Shown here piece after piece: positions 60,451-64,000 of a stretch of DNA of 64,000 nucleotides (its first letter is position 1; each line of letters begins with the position of its first letter). Origin of the DNA: Octopus vulgaris. Lineage: Eukaryota. The position numbers were made by a program, and so were the translations under genes. A model generated the notes under the pieces. That model was given only the letters and a program-made list of their open reading frames with translations, was not told where the DNA came from and searched no databases. The DNA lies in assembly GCA_951406725.2 (NCBI GenBank), contig OX597841.1:22878001-22942000 (forward strand), written 5' to 3'.

Positions 60451-60801
60451 CAAAAGGGTGAGCACTAGAAAATGAAACTGTCAGTAAACACTGCCCTGTA
60501 TAGGTAACAGCAATGTGTATGATTACAGTCCACAAGGTCAACCCTTTAGCATTCAGATTATTCCGTAAAATGTTAAGCTTATTTATTCACACCATGTAAA
60601 ATTAATCTTGTATCATTTCATGGCTTTGAGATTCCAATGATGTGATTGTTTATTTTTAAAAATGACACAATAAGATAGCTATGAATGACCATATCTGAAT
60701 AGTTTGAACATAAAATAGGTAGAATATTTTGGCCGGTTTAAACACTAAAGGGTTAATGCTTATTCACAGTATTCTGAATTAACTATGCATTATCACATAG
60801 C

Positions 60802-62243
60802 TTCAAGATCTCCAGGTGATTGCGTTATGGCAAAAATCATGACCCCCCCCCATGAGACATGGTGTGTGGTAGTGATAGGTGCTTTCTCACCAAAGTATTG
60901 CAGTCTACGAAGATGTCTGATGGGGTTCTCAGTTATTTGGTTTAACCCCTTAAAATTCAGATTATTCTGTCAAATTTAATGCTTATTCAAGATTTCCAGG
61001 TGATTGTGTTATGGCAAAAATCATGACACCCCATGAGACATGGTGTGTGGTAGTGATAGGTGCTTTCTCACCAAAGTATTGCAGTCTACGAAGATGTCTG
61101 ATGGGGTTCTCAGTTATTTGATTTAACCCCTTAAAATTCAGATTATTCTGTCAAATTTAATGCTAATTCAAGATTTCCAGGTGATTGCGTTATGGCAAAA
61201 ATCATGGCACCCCATGAGACATGGTGTGTGGTAGTGATAGATGCTTTCTCACCAAAGTATTGCAGTCTACGAAGATGTCTGATGGGGTTCTCAGTTATTT
61301 GATTTAACCCCTTAAAATTCAGATTATTCTGTCAAATTTAATGCTAATTCAAGATTTCCAGGTGATTGCGTTATGGCAAAATTCATGACACCCCATGAGA
61401 CATGGTGTGTGGTAGTGATAGATGCTTTCTCACCAAAGTATTGCAGTCTACGAAGATGTCTGATGGGGTTCTCAGTTATTTGGTTTAACCCCTTAAAATT
61501 CAGATTATTCTGTCAAATTTAATGCTTATTCAAGATTTCCAGGTGATTGCGTTATGGCAAAATTCATGACACCCCATGAGACATGGTGTGTGGTAGTGAT
61601 AGATGCTTTCTCACCAAAGTATTGCATCTACGAAGATGTCCAATGGGGTTCTCAGTTATTTGATTTAACCCCTTAAAATTCAGATTATTCTGTCAAATTT
61701 AATGCTTATTCAAGATTTCCAGGTGATTGCGTTATGGCAAAAACCATGACACCCCATGAGACATGGTGTGTGGTAGTGATAGATGCTTTCTCACCAAAGT
61801 ATTGCAGTCTACGAAGATGTCCGATGGGGTTCTCAGTTATTTGATTTAACCCCTTAAAATTCAGATTATTCTGTCAAATTTAATGCTTATTCAAGATTTC
61901 CAGGTGATTGCGTTACGGCAAAATTCATGACACCCCATGAGACATGGTGTGTGGTAGTGATAGATGCTTTCTCACCAAAGTATTGCAGTCTACGAAGATG
62001 TCCAATGGGGTTCTCAGTTATTTGGTTTAACCCCTTAAAATTCAGATTATTCTGTCAAATTTAATGCTTATTCAAGATTTCCAGGTGATTGCGTTACGGC
62101 AAAATTTATGACACCCCATGAGACATGGTGTGTGGTAGTGATAGATGCTTTCTCACCAAAGTATTGCAGTCTACGAAGATGTCTGATGGGGTTCTCAGTT
62201 ATTTGGTTTAACCCCTTAAAATTCAGATTATTCTGTCAAATTT
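60802..62243. repeat. Satellite of eight ~181 bp units
   Basis: CCAGGTGATT at 60812, 60996, 61177, 61358, 61539, 61719, 61900 and 62081. Confidence 0.95.
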
Positions 62244-62266
62244 AAAACAATGAACTTTGATACAAC

Positions 62267-63232
62267 TTACGCATCTGAATGGATGGCTACGTGTTTAGTC
62301 AAGTTACTTTTTTGGGAGAAAGATTTATCACAGATGTCACAATGATATGGCTTCTCTCCAGAATGAGTACGTTTGTGTATAGTTAAATCACTGTTTTGAG
62401 AGAAGGATTTATCACAGATATCACACTGGTATGGCTTATCTCCCGTGTGTATACGTTTGTGTACAGTTACTTCGCCATTTCGAGAGAACGATTTACCACA
62501 GATGTCACACTGAAATGGCTTCTCTCCTGTATGAATCCGAATGTGGATGGTTAAGTCACTCTTTTGAGAGAATGATTTCGTACAGATGTCACACTGATAT
62601 GGCTTCTCACCTGTATGAATACGCTTGTGCTTAGTCATATAACCAATTTCAGAGAATGATTTACCACAGATATCACAGTCAAATGGCTTCTCCCCTGAAT
62701 GAATACGTTTGTGTTTAGTTAAGACTCCATTATCACAGAATGATTTACCACAAGTATCACATCGATATGGTTTATCCCCAGTATGAATACGCTTGTGTGC
62801 AGTTAAGTTTACGTTTTGAGAGAATGATTTTCCACAGACATCACAGCAATAAGGCTTTTCCCCTGTATGAATACGTATATGCCTGGTTAAGTCACTACTT
62901 CCAGAGAAGGATTTACTACAGATATCACAATGGTACGGTTTCTCGTCTATATGGATACGCTTGTGAATGGTCAAGTTGTTTCCGTGAGAAAACGATTTAC
63001 CGCAAATATCGCAGTGGTACGGTTTCTCTCTCGTATGAATGCGTCTGTGTGTTGTTAAATTTCCGTTATGAGAGAAGGATTTACCACAGATGTCACAGTG
63101 ATATGGCTTCTCTCCTGTATGAATGCGTCTGTGGTTAATTACTTCACCGTTTCGGGAGAAAGACTTACCACAGATATCACAGTGATGTAGCTTATCATCT
63201 ACGTTAACCCGTTCGTGAGTAGTTATCTCCAT
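62267..63232 (-). CDS. C2H2 zinc-finger protein, 11 fingers (ZNF-G)
   Basis: First ATG of the ORF at 63232 (the track start is TTG); eleven linked fingers. Confidence 0.85.
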   Translation of the reverse strand: MEITTHERVNVDDKLHHCDICGKSFSRNGEVINHRRIHTGEKPYHCDICGKSFSHNGNLTTHRRIHTREKPYHCDICGKSFSHGNNLTIHKRIHIDEKPYHCDICSKSFSGSSDLTRHIRIHTGEKPYCCDVCGKSFSQNVNLTAHKRIHTGDKPYRCDTCGKSFCDNGVLTKHKRIHSGEKPFDCDICGKSFSEIGYMTKHKRIHTGEKPYQCDICTKSFSQKSDLTIHIRIHTGEKPFQCDICGKSFSRNGEVTVHKRIHTGDKPYQCDICDKSFSQNSDLTIHKRTHSGEKPYHCDICDKSFSQKSNLTKHVAIHSDA

Positions 63233-63369
63233 GAGCGAATGATTTACCACAGATATCTTCAGCAATGTGATTTATGTCCTTTATGAGTTTGTGCCTATTT
63301 AACCCTTTAGCGTCCAAATTAATATGTCATAAGTAATCCTTATTCATTTACATTTTATAAAATTAATCT

Positions 63370-64000
63370 GGTGAGCTGGCAGAATCGTCAGCACGCCGGG
63401 CGAAATGCGTAGCCGTATTTCGTCTGTCGTTACGTTCTGAGTTCAAATTCCGCCGAGGTCGACTTTGCCTTTCATCCTTTCGGGGTCGATAAATTAAGTA
63501 CCAGTTACGCACTGAGGTCGATGTAATCGGCTTAATACCTATGTCTGTCCTTGTTTGTCCTCTATGTGTTTAGCCCCTTGTGGGTAATAAAGAAATAGGT
63601 ATTTCGTCTGCTGTTACGTTCTGAGTTCAAATTCCGCCAAGGTCGACTTTGCCTTTCAGCCTTTCGGGGTCGATAAATTAAGTACCAGTTACGCACTGGG
63701 GTCGAAGTAATCGACTTAATACCTATGTCTGTCCTTGTTTGTCCCCTCTGTGTTTAGCCCCTTGTGGGTAGTAAAGAAATAGGTATTTCGTCTGCCGCTA
63801 CGTTCTGAGTTCAAATTCCGCCGAGGTCGACTTTGCCTTTCAGCCTTTCGGGGTTGATAAATTAAGTACCAGTTACGCACTGGGGTCGAAGTAATCGACT
63901 TAATCCGTTTGTTTGTCCTCTCTGTGTTTAGCCCCTTGTGGGTAGTAAACAAATAGGTATTTCGTCTGCTGTTACGTTCTGAGTTCAAATTCCGCCGAGG
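63370..64000 (+). mobile_element. SINE family C tandem array running off the window end
   Basis: Head GGTGAGCTGGCAGAATCGTCAGCACG followed by at least three repeated units. Confidence 0.85.

Noticed and set aside
60802-62243. Regular arrays (here, 1-1155 and 59235-59700) as CRISPR arrays
   Set aside because: The units repeat in full with no unique spacers, the context is eukaryotic, and there are no cas genes.
15365-63138. Antisense ORFs over the ZNF genes (MIYHRYH..., YEYVCV)
   Set aside because: These are shadow frames of the periodic zinc-finger codons.
10315-63232. Gene symbols or KRAB/BTB/SCAN effector domains for the ZNFs
   Set aside because: The N-termini are short with no recognisable effector domain, and these look like lineage-specific genes without assignable orthologs.

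Overview
This is an AT-rich, repeat-dense eukaryotic (animal) window. The tandem C2H2 zinc-finger cluster and its tRNA-derived SINE landscape suggest a coleoid cephalopod such as Octopus (inference). It has seven C2H2 zinc-finger ORFs, each in one coding exon. Four of them (about 15.1, 22.0, 30.2 and 38.3 kb) are tandem paralogs that share an ACGCATGCGT promoter palindrome, a non-coding exon 1 and, in three copies, a Met-Phe-Tyr-stop uORF. The rest is transposon-derived: at least four SINE-like families, CR1/L2-, RTE- and R4-like LINE fragments, Tc1, MULE and piggyBac-type remnants, MITEs, a non-autonomous Helitron and several 50-240 bp tandem arrays. The most notable non-coding signal is a set of hammerhead-ribozyme-like motifs. 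Four have the canonical CUGAnGA...GAAA core, a long stem II and a palindromic or near-palindromic minimal stem III (Penelope/retrozyme-like). A further three-copy family carries a reciprocal G3-C8 swap of the catalytic core. All calls were made by eye, so coordinates of degenerate repeats are approximate.
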